A DNA stretch of 64,000 bases from an uncultured Verrucomicrobiae bacterium (GCA_963749035.1 CAVVKW010000004.1:1335550-1399549), one strand, 5' to 3'. Counted from the first letter of the stretch, positions 1 through 9,600 are shown. The notes: generated by a model from the letters alone, not told the origin. Numbers and translations: made by a program.

Positions 1-122
1 GCGCCGCCTTTTTCTCGATGTCCCACGTGGAGGAATGGCTACGGAACACCCCCGCTGATTTCAGCCCCGTCTTCCGCCTCGTCTTCCCCCGACTCGTCAC
101 CTCGGCGCGAGCATGATTTTCG

Positions 123-1655
123 TCAACCCCCGGCGTCCCCCGTCCCTTCAGGATCGCCTCCATCCGCCAGATCGACCGCCGATGTCCGGCTGACCCGCAG
201 TCCTAATTCGACCGCAAATCCCCGCGGCTGCCGATTCCAACACCGCACGGTCCCCTCGCAAGCCTCGACCGCGCTCTTCACGATCGCCAGCCCCAGCCCG
301 ACCCCGCCCGTTTCACGATCACGCGATTCGTCCACCCGGTAGAACGGATCGAACAACTTCCCCACCGCCGCATCCGGCACCCCGGGCCCACCGTCCTCGA
401 CGATCAGATTCACCCGATCCCCATCTGCCGTCGCGCTCACCGTCACCGGCCCCGCGTCACCGGCGAAACGAACCGCGTTCCGCACCAGGTTCCCGACCGC
501 CCGCTCCAGCAAAGCGTCATCCGCGCGGACCACCAGCTCGTCGGGAACGGTGACCCGCACCGTGGCCTCTCCCACCTCCCGTTCGATCGCCGCTCGCACG
601 GCCAACGCCACGTTCACCGCCTCGAGCTTCACGCCCCCCGCGCTGATCGCTGCCTTCGAAAACGAGAGCAGCTCATTCACCAATCGCGACATCTCCTCGA
701 CCTCCTCGCGCAAATCATTCACCCGCTCCTGCTCCGGCTTACCCACCCGTTGCGCAAGGATTTCAACGGCGACCTGCCCCCGCGCGATCGGCGCGCAAAG
801 CTCGTGCGCAATGTCCCCCAGAAAACGCCGCTGCCCCGTCACGTATCCCTCCAACCGCCGCGCCATCGCCGCGATCGCCCTCGCCAGCTCCCCCAGCTCA
901 TCACGCCGCCGCAATGACCGCGCAAACCGCCCCTGCCAATCCGCGTCTTTCCCGATCAGATCGAAGTTCCCGCGAGCCACGCGGCCCGTCGCCGCCTCCA
1001 TCGCCGAGATCGATCCCGTGATCCGACGAACGAACGGGAACCACCACACCACCGACAAAAACGCCGCGAGCCCCACCCCCGCCAGCCACGGACGAAGATC
1101 CAGAAACAGCCCCCCCGCGCCCAGCGAATCCGAGCGCACCACCAGCCAGACCGGCGGCGGGCCGCCCCCCGGCCGCCCGCCAGCCGGCAACCGCTGCACC
1201 GACCAATAATGACCGTCGATCCGAGTCACTCCCCTTCTCGGCGGTCGACGCGCATCCACGACGTCGCGACCCAAACCCGGATCTCCCGCCCGACGCTCAC
1301 TCCGCTCCTCCCGCTCGGACCGCACCCGGTCCGCAATTTCCGCCGGCAGCGTCGTCGACGTTCCGACCAACTGCTCGCCCCGCGGCCCGAGCAGAATAAA
1401 TCGTACCCGATACGCCTCGTCATACCGCGCCACGATCTCATCCCACTCGTCCCGCGGCGCCCGCCGCAGGTCCGAGACGAGCAAGCGCCCCACGGAACCC
1501 ACCTGCCCCGCCGCGTCCGCCGTCAGCATCGCGGCCGGCCGAACTCCAAACCCGAACCACAGCGTCATCGCCAGTGCCGCCACCAGCAGCACGGCGTTCA
1601 ACGCCAGCCAACCCACGATCTTCGCGTAGAGTGGCAACGCCGTCCGCCCCATCAT
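123..1655 (-). CDS. Sensor histidine kinase (TM-periplasmic-TM, HAMP, HisKA, HATPase_c)
   Basis: 510-aa ORF with N-terminal TM LPLYAKIVGWLALNAVLLVAALAMTLWFGF. H-box FLGDIAHELCAPI; ATPase motifs LVRNAVRF, EDGGPGVP, GGVGLGLAIV. 4-nt overlap with the upstream response regulator gene. Confidence 0.88.
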   Translation of the reverse strand: MMGRTALPLYAKIVGWLALNAVLLVAALAMTLWFGFGVRPAAMLTADAAGQVGSVGRLLVSDLRRAPRDEWDEIVARYDEAYRVRFILLGPRGEQLVGTSTTLPAEIADRVRSEREERSERRAGDPGLGRDVVDARRPPRRGVTRIDGHYWSVQRLPAGGRPGGGPPPVWLVVRSDSLGAGGLFLDLRPWLAGVGLAAFLSVVWWFPFVRRITGSISAMEAATGRVARGNFDLIGKDADWQGRFARSLRRRDELGELARAIAAMARRLEGYVTGQRRFLGDIAHELCAPIARGQVAVEILAQRVGKPEQERVNDLREEVEEMSRLVNELLSFSKAAISAGGVKLEAVNVALAVRAAIEREVGEATVRVTVPDELVVRADDALLERAVGNLVRNAVRFAGDAGPVTVSATADGDRVNLIVEDGGPGVPDAAVGKLFDPFYRVDESRDRETGGVGLGLAIVKSAVEACEGTVRCWNRQPRGFAVELGLRVSRTSAVDLADGGDPEGTGDAGG

Positions 1656-2362
1656 TCCGGCCTCCGCAGTAGATAGCCCGCCGAACGCACCGTCCGAATG
1701 AACCGTGGGTCTCTCGCGTCGTCGCCCAGCTTTTTTCTTAACGCCGAGATGTGAACGTCCACCGACCGATCGTAGATGTCGTAATGCCGGTCCCGGATGT
1801 CTTCGATCAACTGCTCCCGCGACCTCACGCGACCCGCCGGTCGCGCCAGCGCCGCCAGCAGATCGAACTCAACTGGCGTCACCTCCACCGCTGTCCCATC
1901 GACCGCCACCGTTCGCGTATCGAGATCGATCCGCAGCCCCCCGACCTCCAGCACCCTCGCGTCCGCCTCGACCTGCGCATCCCTCCGCAGCCCTCGGCGA
2001 GTCACCGCCCGCAGCCGCGCCAGCAACTCGCGCGTCGAAAAAGTCTTCGGCAGATAATCGTCCGCGCCGATCTCCAGCCCCACGATCCGGTCCGCCTCTT
2101 CGCCCCGCCCCGTCAGCATGATCACCGGAACGTCCGAACCGGCCCGGATTCGCTTTAACACCTCAAACCCATCCAAGCCCGGTAACATCACGTCGAGAAT
2201 CACGACGTCGACCCCACCCGCCAGCGCCGCATCCGCCCCGGCCGGCCCCGCGTGCACCGACCGCACCACGTAACCCATCGGCTCGAGGTAATCCGCGACT
2301 AACCGGCAGAGTTTCCGATCGTCGTCGATCATGAGCACCTCGAGTCGTTCGTCCACCGCCAT
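1652..2362 (-). CDS. OmpR-family response regulator
   Basis: 236-aa ORF. Receiver motifs MIDDD, ILDVMLPGLDG, PVIMLTG; C-terminal winged-helix IRTVRSAGYLL. Overlaps the kinase start. Confidence 0.9.
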   Translation of the reverse strand: MAVDERLEVLMIDDDRKLCRLVADYLEPMGYVVRSVHAGPAGADAALAGGVDVVILDVMLPGLDGFEVLKRIRAGSDVPVIMLTGRGEEADRIVGLEIGADDYLPKTFSTRELLARLRAVTRRGLRRDAQVEADARVLEVGGLRIDLDTRTVAVDGTAVEVTPVEFDLLAALARPAGRVRSREQLIEDIRDRHYDIYDRSVDVHISALRKKLGDDARDPRFIRTVRSAGYLLRRPE

Positions 2363-2479
2363 CTCAGAAATCAGAAAATCACAGCCACCCCCTGAAAACG
2401 CCCCTTTTTACCAAACGCTGACAATTTTTCCCGCCATCCTCACACCTCCTTAACAATCCGCGGGTCTAATCCCATTGAA

Positions 2480-2860
2480 ATGAAAACACCAAACCTCACC
2501 CTCCTCGCCGCGACCGCGGCATTCCTCATCACCACAGCCGGCACCACGCTCGCCAAACCACCGGGCGGCAATGGCGGTCCCGGCAATGGCAGCCAACGCT
2601 CCGGCCACCAGGCCGCATCCGATCAACGCGGGGGTCATCAGCCCGGCGGCAGTCAGCAAGGCGGTGGCCAACGCGGCCCGCAAGGCGGACCGCCTCCCGT
2701 CCTCAAAGCACTCGACACCGATCAAGACGGTGTCGTCTCCGCGGAGGAAATTGCCGCCGCCTCCACCGCGCTCGCTACCCTCGACGCGAACGGCGACGGC
2801 GAACTCACGCGTGACGAACTCCGTCCACCGCGCGGCAAGCGCAGTCAGTCAGAGGAATAA
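2480..2860 (+). CDS. Secreted EF-hand calcium-binding protein
   Basis: 126-aa ORF with signal peptide MKTPNLTLLAATAAFLITTAGTTLA and a G/Q-rich linker. Two canonical EF-hand loops: DTDQDGVVSAEE and DANGDGELTRDE. Confidence 0.75.
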   Translation: MKTPNLTLLAATAAFLITTAGTTLAKPPGGNGGPGNGSQRSGHQAASDQRGGHQPGGSQQGGGQRGPQGGPPPVLKALDTDQDGVVSAEEIAAASTALATLDANGDGELTRDELRPPRGKRSQSEE

Positions 2861-3076
2861 CCCCCACCCGGATTCCCGGGCCGCGCACTCGCCGGCCCGG
2901 GAACTCCCGGCCTCCATCACCCCGGTCGACCGAGCCCACTCGGCCGCTCGACCCCCGTCCTCCGCCAGATTGCGATCACCGCGATTGCATCTCGGCGCAA
3001 CGTTTCGCCATCGCGCCTTCATTTCCCTCGGAAATGCGCTACCGTTTTGGTGCCCAAGCGTCCGCCACCAAGCCGC

Positions 3077-3217
3077 ATGTTTCAACTCACCCGTCAGGAG
3101 AGAATTCTCGTCGTCGCCATCCTCCTCGCCTTCGTCACCGGCCTGATCGTAAAATCCTACCGCTCGCAAGCCGCTTTCTCCCAGACGCCCGCTCAAACGC
3201 AAAATGCAGACCAATAG
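3077..3217 (+). CDS. Possible 46-aa single-pass membrane peptide (not in ORF track)
   Basis: Read by hand: ATG 3077, MFQLTRQERILVVAILLAFVTGLIVKSYRSQAAFSQTPAQTQNADQ, stop TAG 3215-3217. One hydrophobic helix; overlaps the ATG of the next gene by 14 nt. No homology evidence. Confidence 0.25.
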   Translation: MFQLTRQERILVVAILLAFVTGLIVKSYRSQAAFSQTPAQTQNADQ

Positions 3218-3632
3218 TTTCTCCGAATCCCTCGACGCCATCTGCCAGCAAGACCCACGCTACGATCGCGCCGCCTACGTCTTTCTGCGCGACGCCCTCG
3301 AGGACACCATCAAACGCCGCCGCAAGTCCCGCAAGGAAACCCCCTCCGACGTCGGTGCCGCCGAGCTCCTCGACGGCTTCCGCGTTTACGCCCTCAAGGA
3401 ATACGGCCCGATGGCCGCCACCGTCCTCGAATACTGGGGCGTGCGCTCCACCACCGACGTCGGCAATCTCGTCTTCAATCTCGTCGACGCTCAGGTCTTC
3501 AGCAAAACCGATCGCGACACCCCGGAAGCCTTCGCGGACGCCTACGACTTTGACGCCGCCTTCCAGGCTCCGTTCCGACCGTCTGGAAAAAGATTGAGCA
3601 AATTCCCCGAGCGCGATGTCAAACGCGCCTGA
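3204..3632 (+). CDS. Conserved hypothetical protein; resembles the Planctomycetes/Verrucomicrobia-restricted Minf_1886 family (TIGR04138-like, from memory)
   Basis: 142-aa ORF in good coding context. Motifs DPRYDRAAYVFLRDAL, LEYWGVRSTTDVGNLVFNLV. Its stop TGA shares one base with the ATG of the downstream M16 gene (TGATG at 3630-3634). Confidence 0.5.
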   Translation: MQTNSFSESLDAICQQDPRYDRAAYVFLRDALEDTIKRRRKSRKETPSDVGAAELLDGFRVYALKEYGPMAATVLEYWGVRSTTDVGNLVFNLVDAQVFSKTDRDTPEAFADAYDFDAAFQAPFRPSGKRLSKFPERDVKRA

Positions 3633-6310
3633 TGTATCGAAGACCTCTCTTTTGCGCAGTATTTTACATGGCCCTTTCCCTATCTCCCGCTTTTTCAAAG
3701 ACCACACCCACGGTCACGCCCACCAATTCCCCGACCCTCCCGTCGAGCTCCGCACAGGTCTTCACGCTGGAGAATGGCCTCACCCTAATCGTCGACGAGG
3801 ACCGCAGCACTCCGGTCGCCAGCGTCCAGGGCTGGTGCGAGACCGGCAGCATCGATGAAGGCAAATGGACCGGTGCCGGCCTCTCCCACATCCTCGAGCA
3901 CATGCTCTTCAAGGGCACCGACAAACGAGGCAAGGGCGTCATCGACAGCACCGTCCAAAGCCTGGGTGGCTACATCAACGCCTCCACCTCCTTCGACCGC
4001 ACCATCTACTACATCGACATTCCTGCCGACGGAGTTGCCGAAGCCGTCGACATCGTTTGCGACGTCATGGTCAACGCCAACATTCCCGCCGACGAGTATG
4101 ACAAGGAGCAGGAAGTCATCCGCCGCGAATTCGCGATGGGTTTTGACAACCCCGACCGCGTGAGTTCGCGACTCCTCTTCAGCACCGTCTTCACCGAGAG
4201 CCCCTACCGCCACCCCGTCATCGGATACCTCGACGTTTACAACAAACTCACCCGCGAGGACGTCGTCGAATACTACAAGGCCCGCTACGTCCCGAATAAC
4301 ATGTTTCTCGTCGTGGTCGGCGACGTGGACGCCCTCGCGATCAAGGATCAGGTCGAAAAATTCTTTGCCGACCATCCGCGCGTCGCGCTCCCGCCGGTTT
4401 ACATTCCCACCGAGCCCCAGCAGACCGGTCGCCGAGAAGCCCACGAGGAATTTCCGACCGAACTCACCCGACTCAACCTCGCCTGGCGCACCCCGCCCGT
4501 CACGGCACCGGAGATGCCGGCACTCGACCTCCTCAGCACCGTCCTCGGTGGCGGCGTGAGTAGCCCGCTCTACCAGGACGTTCGGGAAGATCAGGGCCTC
4601 GTCTCCAGCATTGGTGCCGGATGTTACGCTTTGGCCAACGAAGGTCTTTTCGTCATCCGGGCCGTGACCGAACCCGGCAAACGCCAGGCCGCGACCGACG
4701 CCGCGCTCGCGAACGTCGAGCGCATCAAAGCCGAAGGCGTCAGCGAAGCCGACCTCACGAAAGCGCGGAATTCCCTGCTCTCCTCCCAGCTTGGCGCCCT
4801 CACCACCGTCAGCGGCATGGCCTCCGACCACGGCTCGAATTGGCTCCTCACCCGTAACCTGAATTTTTCCCGCGACTACCTCAACGCTCTGAACCGAACC
4901 ACCGTCGACGACCTCCAGCGCGTCGCTCAGCAGTATCTCACCGAGGACAACCTGACCGTCACTTCCCTGAATCCCGTCGGCTCCCTCGCCGCGCTCGAAG
5001 AGCAAGCCCCCGTCGCCGCCCGCGACGGTGAGATCAAGTCATTCACTCTTCCAAATGGCCTGGAGCTCATCGTTCGAGAAAACCATCGCCTCCCGCTCGT
5101 CTCCATGTCCGCCGTGTTCAAGGGCGGCGTCCTCGCCGAGACTCCGGCAAACAACGGCATCTCCGCCCTTCTTAGCCGCACCATCGTCAAGGGCACCGAT
5201 AGCCGCAGCGCGCGAGAGATCGCTTCCGCCATCGAATCCGTCGGCGGCACGATTGAAGGCAGCTCCGGCAATAACAGCGTGACGGTCTCCGTCGACGTCA
5301 TGAAACCCGACCTTTCGCTCGGATTGGAACTCCTCGCCGACGTGCTGAAGAACGCCACCTATCCCGACTCCGAAGTCGTTCGGGAAAAGGAAGCTCAGGT
5401 CGCGGAAATCAAGCGGGACGAGGATCAGATGACCGGCGTCGCCCGCAACGTCGTCCGCGAAAACCTTTTTCCCCATCACCCATACGGGCTCCGCAGCACC
5501 GGCACGACGGAGACGGTGAATGAACTCACCCCCAAACAGCTCCGGGATTTTCACCAGAAAATTATCAACGGCCAGAATGGCGTGCTAGCGGTCTTCGGCA
5601 ACGTCGACGCCGACGACGTTTACGAGCAGGTGAAGGCCATGCTCTCCGAGCTGCCACCCGGCCAGGACGTCTTCGCCGAGCTCCCCAATCCGCCGGCGCC
5701 GACCACCGACGAATCCTTCACCGAGATCCGCGAGAAAAACCAGGCTATCGTCATGATCGGTTACCCCGGCGTCGACATCTTCACCCCAGACCGCGCCGTC
5801 ATGGAGCTCATCGACACCGCCTCCAGTGATCTCGGCTCCCGGTTCTTCAACCGCATCCGCGAAGAGCTTGGCCTCGCCTACTTCGTTGGCACCACTCAGC
5901 TCATCGGACCCACCCCGGGCATGCTCGTCTTCTACCTCGGAACCGATCCGGCCAAGGTCGACGAAGTCCGCCGTGCGTTTAAGGACGAGATCGCCAATCT
6001 CGCCAAGCAGGGCCTCACGCCCGAAGAGCTCACCAAAGCCAAGAAAAAACTCCTCGGTGCCGAAGCGATCCGCGACCAGAGCGACGCCGCCATGGCGCAA
6101 GCCATCGCGCTCGACGTGCTCTTCGGCCTCGGGACCGATTTCCGCGACAAACGCCGCGCCGCCGTCGACGAAATCACCGTGGAGGATACCCAACGCGTTT
6201 CCAGTCAGTATTTCGGCAGCCCCGGCAGCGTGGAAGCCGTCGTCATGCCCCAACCCACACCGGAGTCGACCCCGACACCGTCCCCCATCCCCGCAGGCAC
6301 ACCTGAATAA
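3632..6310 (+). CDS. M16 (pitrilysin) family zinc peptidase, double-length (two M16 pairs)
   Basis: 892-aa ORF. Inverted zinc motif HILEHMLFKG with downstream EVIRREF. A second M16-like module starts near FTLPNGLELIVRENHRLP. Confidence 0.88.
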   Translation: MYRRPLFCAVFYMALSLSPAFSKTTPTVTPTNSPTLPSSSAQVFTLENGLTLIVDEDRSTPVASVQGWCETGSIDEGKWTGAGLSHILEHMLFKGTDKRGKGVIDSTVQSLGGYINASTSFDRTIYYIDIPADGVAEAVDIVCDVMVNANIPADEYDKEQEVIRREFAMGFDNPDRVSSRLLFSTVFTESPYRHPVIGYLDVYNKLTREDVVEYYKARYVPNNMFLVVVGDVDALAIKDQVEKFFADHPRVALPPVYIPTEPQQTGRREAHEEFPTELTRLNLAWRTPPVTAPEMPALDLLSTVLGGGVSSPLYQDVREDQGLVSSIGAGCYALANEGLFVIRAVTEPGKRQAATDAALANVERIKAEGVSEADLTKARNSLLSSQLGALTTVSGMASDHGSNWLLTRNLNFSRDYLNALNRTTVDDLQRVAQQYLTEDNLTVTSLNPVGSLAALEEQAPVAARDGEIKSFTLPNGLELIVRENHRLPLVSMSAVFKGGVLAETPANNGISALLSRTIVKGTDSRSAREIASAIESVGGTIEGSSGNNSVTVSVDVMKPDLSLGLELLADVLKNATYPDSEVVREKEAQVAEIKRDEDQMTGVARNVVRENLFPHHPYGLRSTGTTETVNELTPKQLRDFHQKIINGQNGVLAVFGNVDADDVYEQVKAMLSELPPGQDVFAELPNPPAPTTDESFTEIREKNQAIVMIGYPGVDIFTPDRAVMELIDTASSDLGSRFFNRIREELGLAYFVGTTQLIGPTPGMLVFYLGTDPAKVDEVRRAFKDEIANLAKQGLTPEELTKAKKKLLGAEAIRDQSDAAMAQAIALDVLFGLGTDFRDKRRAAVDEITVEDTQRVSSQYFGSPGSVEAVVMPQPTPESTPTPSPIPAGTPE

Positions 6311-6342
6311 TCGGCCGCCGTCGCACGTCCACCCACCACACC

Positions 6343-6642
6343 ATGGCCCAGTTGCAAAAATCCCAAGCGAACGATGGCGACATGACGCAGCGCTTCATCG
6401 AATTCGTCATGATGCAGGGCCAGCAGGTCGCCCTCTTCCTCGGTCGCACCCCAAACCCGCAGACCGGAGAACTCGAAGTCAATCTGCCCATCGCTCGGAT
6501 GGTCATCGATCAGCTCGAAATGCTCCGGGAAAAAACCCGCGGCAACCTCAATCACGAAGAAGACGAGATCCTCCAAAGTATCCTCACCGACCTTCAGCAG
6601 GCCTACGCCGCCGTCGAGCGCGGTGCTGAGTTCGCCGCTTAA
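6343..6642 (+). CDS. DUF1844 domain protein
   Basis: 99-aa ORF. FIEFVMMQGQQVALFLG ... IDQLEMLREKTRGNL matches my recollection of the DUF1844 signature. Confidence 0.6.
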   Translation: MAQLQKSQANDGDMTQRFIEFVMMQGQQVALFLGRTPNPQTGELEVNLPIARMVIDQLEMLREKTRGNLNHEEDEILQSILTDLQQAYAAVERGAEFAA

Positions 6643-6748
6643 GACGCGTTGGCAGTCACTCCAGCAACGCCTCGCTCGGCGTTTCCGGCGTTCTCCCGAC
6701 CCGACCTCAGACATCGACGCCGCGGAATTTCGCAATATCATCCGCCGC

Positions 6749-7639
6749 ATGTCCGCCAGCTCCGGAAAAGTCAAAGTCGGTCTCATTCAAAGCCGCAGCG
6801 TCGCTGATCCGAAAGGGAACCTCGCCATCGCCGAGCGCGGCATCCGCTCCGCCGCCGAACGCGGCGCGCAAATCATCTGTCTGCAAGAACTCTTCCTGAC
6901 TCCCTACTTTTGTCAGAGCGAGGACCACGCAAATTTCGAACTCGCCGAACCCATCCCCGGCCCGACCACGGAGACCCTCTCCGCCGTCGCCGGCGAGCTG
7001 GGCGTCGTCCTCGTTGCCTCGCTCTTTGAGCGCCGCGCCCCCGGCGTTTACCACAACACCGCCGCCGTCATCGACGCCGACGGCACCTACCTTGGGAAAT
7101 ATCGAAAGATGCACATTCCCGACGACCCGCTCTTCTACGAAAAGTTCTATTTCACCCCCGGCGACCTCGGCTTCCAGGCCTACGAGACCCGCTTCGGCAA
7201 AATCGGCGTATGCGTCTGTTGGGACCAGTGGTATCCCGAGGCCGCCCGCCTGACCGCACTCCGCGGCGCGCAAATTCTTTTCTATCCGACCGCCATCGGC
7301 TGGCACCCCACCGAAAAGGCAGAATACGGCAGCCGCCAGCACAGCGCCTGGGAAACCGTCCAGCGCGGTCACGCCGTCGCCAATGGCTGCTACGTCGCCG
7401 CCCCGAACCGCGTCGGACTCGAAACTCCCATCGGAGGAGACGGAATCGAATTTTGGGGACAATCCTTCATCTGTGATCCCTCCGGCGTGATTCTCGACAA
7501 GGCCCCCGACGACGAAGAATCCATTCTCGTCACCGAGGTCGATCTGGCCTCCGTCGACACCCAGCGCACTCACTGGCCTTTCCTTCGCGACCGCCGGATC
7601 GATGCCTACGGCGAGATCACCCGCCGCCTCATCGACTGA
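6749..7639 (+). CDS. aguB: N-carbamoylputrescine amidase / carbon-nitrogen hydrolase
   Basis: Nitrilase-superfamily E-K-C triad context: ICLQELF, GKYRKMHIP, GVCVCWDQWYPE. Start moved to ATG 6749 (MSASSGKVKVGLIQ); the track ORF from 6623 overlaps the DUF1844 gene. Confidence 0.8.
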   Translation: MSASSGKVKVGLIQSRSVADPKGNLAIAERGIRSAAERGAQIICLQELFLTPYFCQSEDHANFELAEPIPGPTTETLSAVAGELGVVLVASLFERRAPGVYHNTAAVIDADGTYLGKYRKMHIPDDPLFYEKFYFTPGDLGFQAYETRFGKIGVCVCWDQWYPEAARLTALRGAQILFYPTAIGWHPTEKAEYGSRQHSAWETVQRGHAVANGCYVAAPNRVGLETPIGGDGIEFWGQSFICDPSGVILDKAPDDEESILVTEVDLASVDTQRTHWPFLRDRRIDAYGEITRRLID

Positions 7640-7646
7640 CGCATCG

Positions 7647-8426
7647 ATGGCTCGCCCACCCTTGATCCGCGCAGATCGCTCCCACGATTACCGCTACCTC
7701 ATTCGCCGTTGGCGAGCCGCCCTCCGCTCCACTCCGCTCGTTTTTCGGAAGTTCGGTGAGGCTTCCGGTTATCCGCTCCATTACGCCGAGACCCGCCGAC
7801 CGATCGCCGGGCGGCCCTGGCTCTACTTCTCCGCCGGTATCCACGGCGACGAATCCGCCGCCACCGAGGGTCTCGTCACCTGGATGGAAAGACACGGCTC
7901 GAAAGACCTCGACCGCTACAATTTCCTCATCTTCCCGTGCCTCAACCCGTGGGGCCTCGTGAATAACTGCCGCCTCGACGCCGAGAGCCGCGATCTCAAC
8001 CGCACCTACCACGACGAAACCACCCCCCAGACCGCTGCCCACAAGGCCGTCTTCCGCGGTCGCCGATTTCTCTTCGCCGTCGCTCACCACGAGGACTACG
8101 ACGCGCCGGGTGCCTACGTTTACGAGATTCAGCATCGAGGCCGTCCCTGGGGGGAGGAACTCCTCGACGCGGCGTCGCGACACGTCCCCGTCGACAACCG
8201 CAAATCCATCGAAGGCAGCCGCGCCCGCACCGGGCTGATCCGACGTCGCATCCAGCTCGACACCATGTCCGAGCACCCCGAAGCCTTCACCCTCCACTTC
8301 GAAAATGCCGACCGCACCTTCACCCTCGAAACACCGTCGGAATACGCGATCGACGCCCGCGTCAACGCTCACGTCGCCTGCATCCGACGGCTCATCAAAC
8401 TCGCCGGATCGACCGACAGGAAATGA
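7647..8426 (+). CDS. M14-family zinc carboxypeptidase-like protein (MpaA / succinylglutamate desuccinylase-like)
   Basis: HxxE motif GIHGDES, then FPCLNPWG and RDLNRTY typical of the M14 fold. Start set to ATG 7647, just after the aguB stop. Confidence 0.7.
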   Translation: MARPPLIRADRSHDYRYLIRRWRAALRSTPLVFRKFGEASGYPLHYAETRRPIAGRPWLYFSAGIHGDESAATEGLVTWMERHGSKDLDRYNFLIFPCLNPWGLVNNCRLDAESRDLNRTYHDETTPQTAAHKAVFRGRRFLFAVAHHEDYDAPGAYVYEIQHRGRPWGEELLDAASRHVPVDNRKSIEGSRARTGLIRRRIQLDTMSEHPEAFTLHFENADRTFTLETPSEYAIDARVNAHVACIRRLIKLAGSTDRK

Positions 8427-8484
8427 CCCCGCGGAGTTTACAACCGCTCAGTTCTACCTAGTGTAATCTGGCAAATCTTACACC

Positions 8485-9600
8485 GTGCAGCGTCTATTCC
8501 TCCCTCTCTTCGTCGTTCTCCTCGCTTCCACCGCCCTCGCTGATTCCGTTATCACCAAATCGGGCCAACGCATCGAGGGCAAGGTGCTCTCCGAAAACGA
8601 TAACTTCGTCGTCATCGAAGTCCCGTTTTCCAAGACAATCATGGAGAAAAAAACCATTCCTCGCGACCAGGTCGTCGCCGTCGAGCGGGAATCCAAAGAC
8701 AAACTCGCATTCGACCGCCTCGAAAAAATTCCGACGCCCGACACCGCCCTCGACGTCGACGCACGCACCGACCTTCTCGAAGGTCACCTCCGCCCATTCG
8801 TCGAGAGCTATCCTAATTCTCCCTACGCGCTCGACGTCAAAAACCGCATCGCCCCCCTCGAAGAGGAAGTCGCCAAGCTGGAAGCGGGCAGCATTCTCCT
8901 CTTCGGTCGCTGGCTGACCCCGGAAGAACAGGCCGACGAAACGTATCAAATCGAAGCCGCCCGCCTTTACCTCGAGATCAAGAAACACGTTGCCGCCGAC
9001 GAATTCGGCGCAGCCTTGAATCAGTTTGAAGTTCTCGCCAAAAAATACCCGGGCTCCGTCGCTTACGTCCGCACCGTTCCACTCGCGCGACGGGCCGTCG
9101 AAGCCTTCACCAAGAAAGTCACCTTCGAACTCCGCAACCTTCCGAACGTCATGGCCGAGCGCAAACAGAGCATCGACCGCGCTGGAGTGGCCGAACGACC
9201 GCAGATCGAAGCCGCCATCGTCCAACAAGACGCCTTCGCCAAGGAAGCCGCCGAGCGTGCCCGTGCGGCTCGGGTCAAATTCTATCAAATTCTCCCCTAC
9301 GATGAGAAAGGTATGACCGACATGCAGAAATCGGCCCGCAGCGTGGCAGGCGACCTCGACGAGATCGACCTTGCCTCGCTCGAGCGCGCCACGAAGCTCG
9401 TCAACGAGACCGCCAATCGTCTCCGGAAAGGTGACGCCCGGGGAGCCGAACAATCCCTGGCATCGCTCGACGATGCTTGGTCGAAATACGAGGGACTTTC
9501 GCGATTCAAAAGTCATGTCGCTGACCTCGACCGCTCCGCCAAGGCCGCCGCCGACGCCGAAGCCAAGGCCGCGAAAGAAGCCGAAAAGCAAAAGCCCTGA
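8485..9600 (+). CDS. Secreted hypothetical protein (helical, K/A/E-rich C-terminus)
   Basis: 371-aa ORF with GTG start and signal peptide MQRLFLPLFVVLLASTALA. Small N-terminal module ITKSGQRIEGKV is shared with the ORF at 41588. No recognisable catalytic motif. Confidence 0.6.
   Translation: MQRLFLPLFVVLLASTALADSVITKSGQRIEGKVLSENDNFVVIEVPFSKTIMEKKTIPRDQVVAVERESKDKLAFDRLEKIPTPDTALDVDARTDLLEGHLRPFVESYPNSPYALDVKNRIAPLEEEVAKLEAGSILLFGRWLTPEEQADETYQIEAARLYLEIKKHVAADEFGAALNQFEVLAKKYPGSVAYVRTVPLARRAVEAFTKKVTFELRNLPNVMAERKQSIDRAGVAERPQIEAAIVQQDAFAKEAAERARAARVKFYQILPYDEKGMTDMQKSARSVAGDLDEIDLASLERATKLVNETANRLRKGDARGAEQSLASLDDAWSKYEGLSRFKSHVADLDRSAKAAADAEAKAAKEAEKQKP

Noticed and set aside
1-122. Possible gene fragment at the left window edge
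   Set aside because: The region is open in one plus-strand frame but too short to give any recognisable motif. A coding call cannot be supported.
3013-3030. 18-nt exact repeat GCGCCTTCATTTCCCTCG shared with 29028-29045 (the DUF423/yjbQ junction)
   Set aside because: There are only two copies and no flanking similarity beyond 2-3 nt. One copy overlaps a stop codon and ribosome-binding region. With biased base composition this may be chance, so it is not enough to call a repeat family.
6623-6748. N-terminal extensions of track ORFs (aguB from 6623, metG from 31734, nuoD to 25272, GH1 to 41790, recD2 to 45900, nadD to 49384, cysK to 55696, MFP to 60801, methyltransferase to 36972, cyclophilin to 20785)
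   Set aside because: The extensions overlap neighbouring genes or repeats, are compositionally aberrant, and precede internal starts that reproduce the canonical family N-termini or signal peptides.
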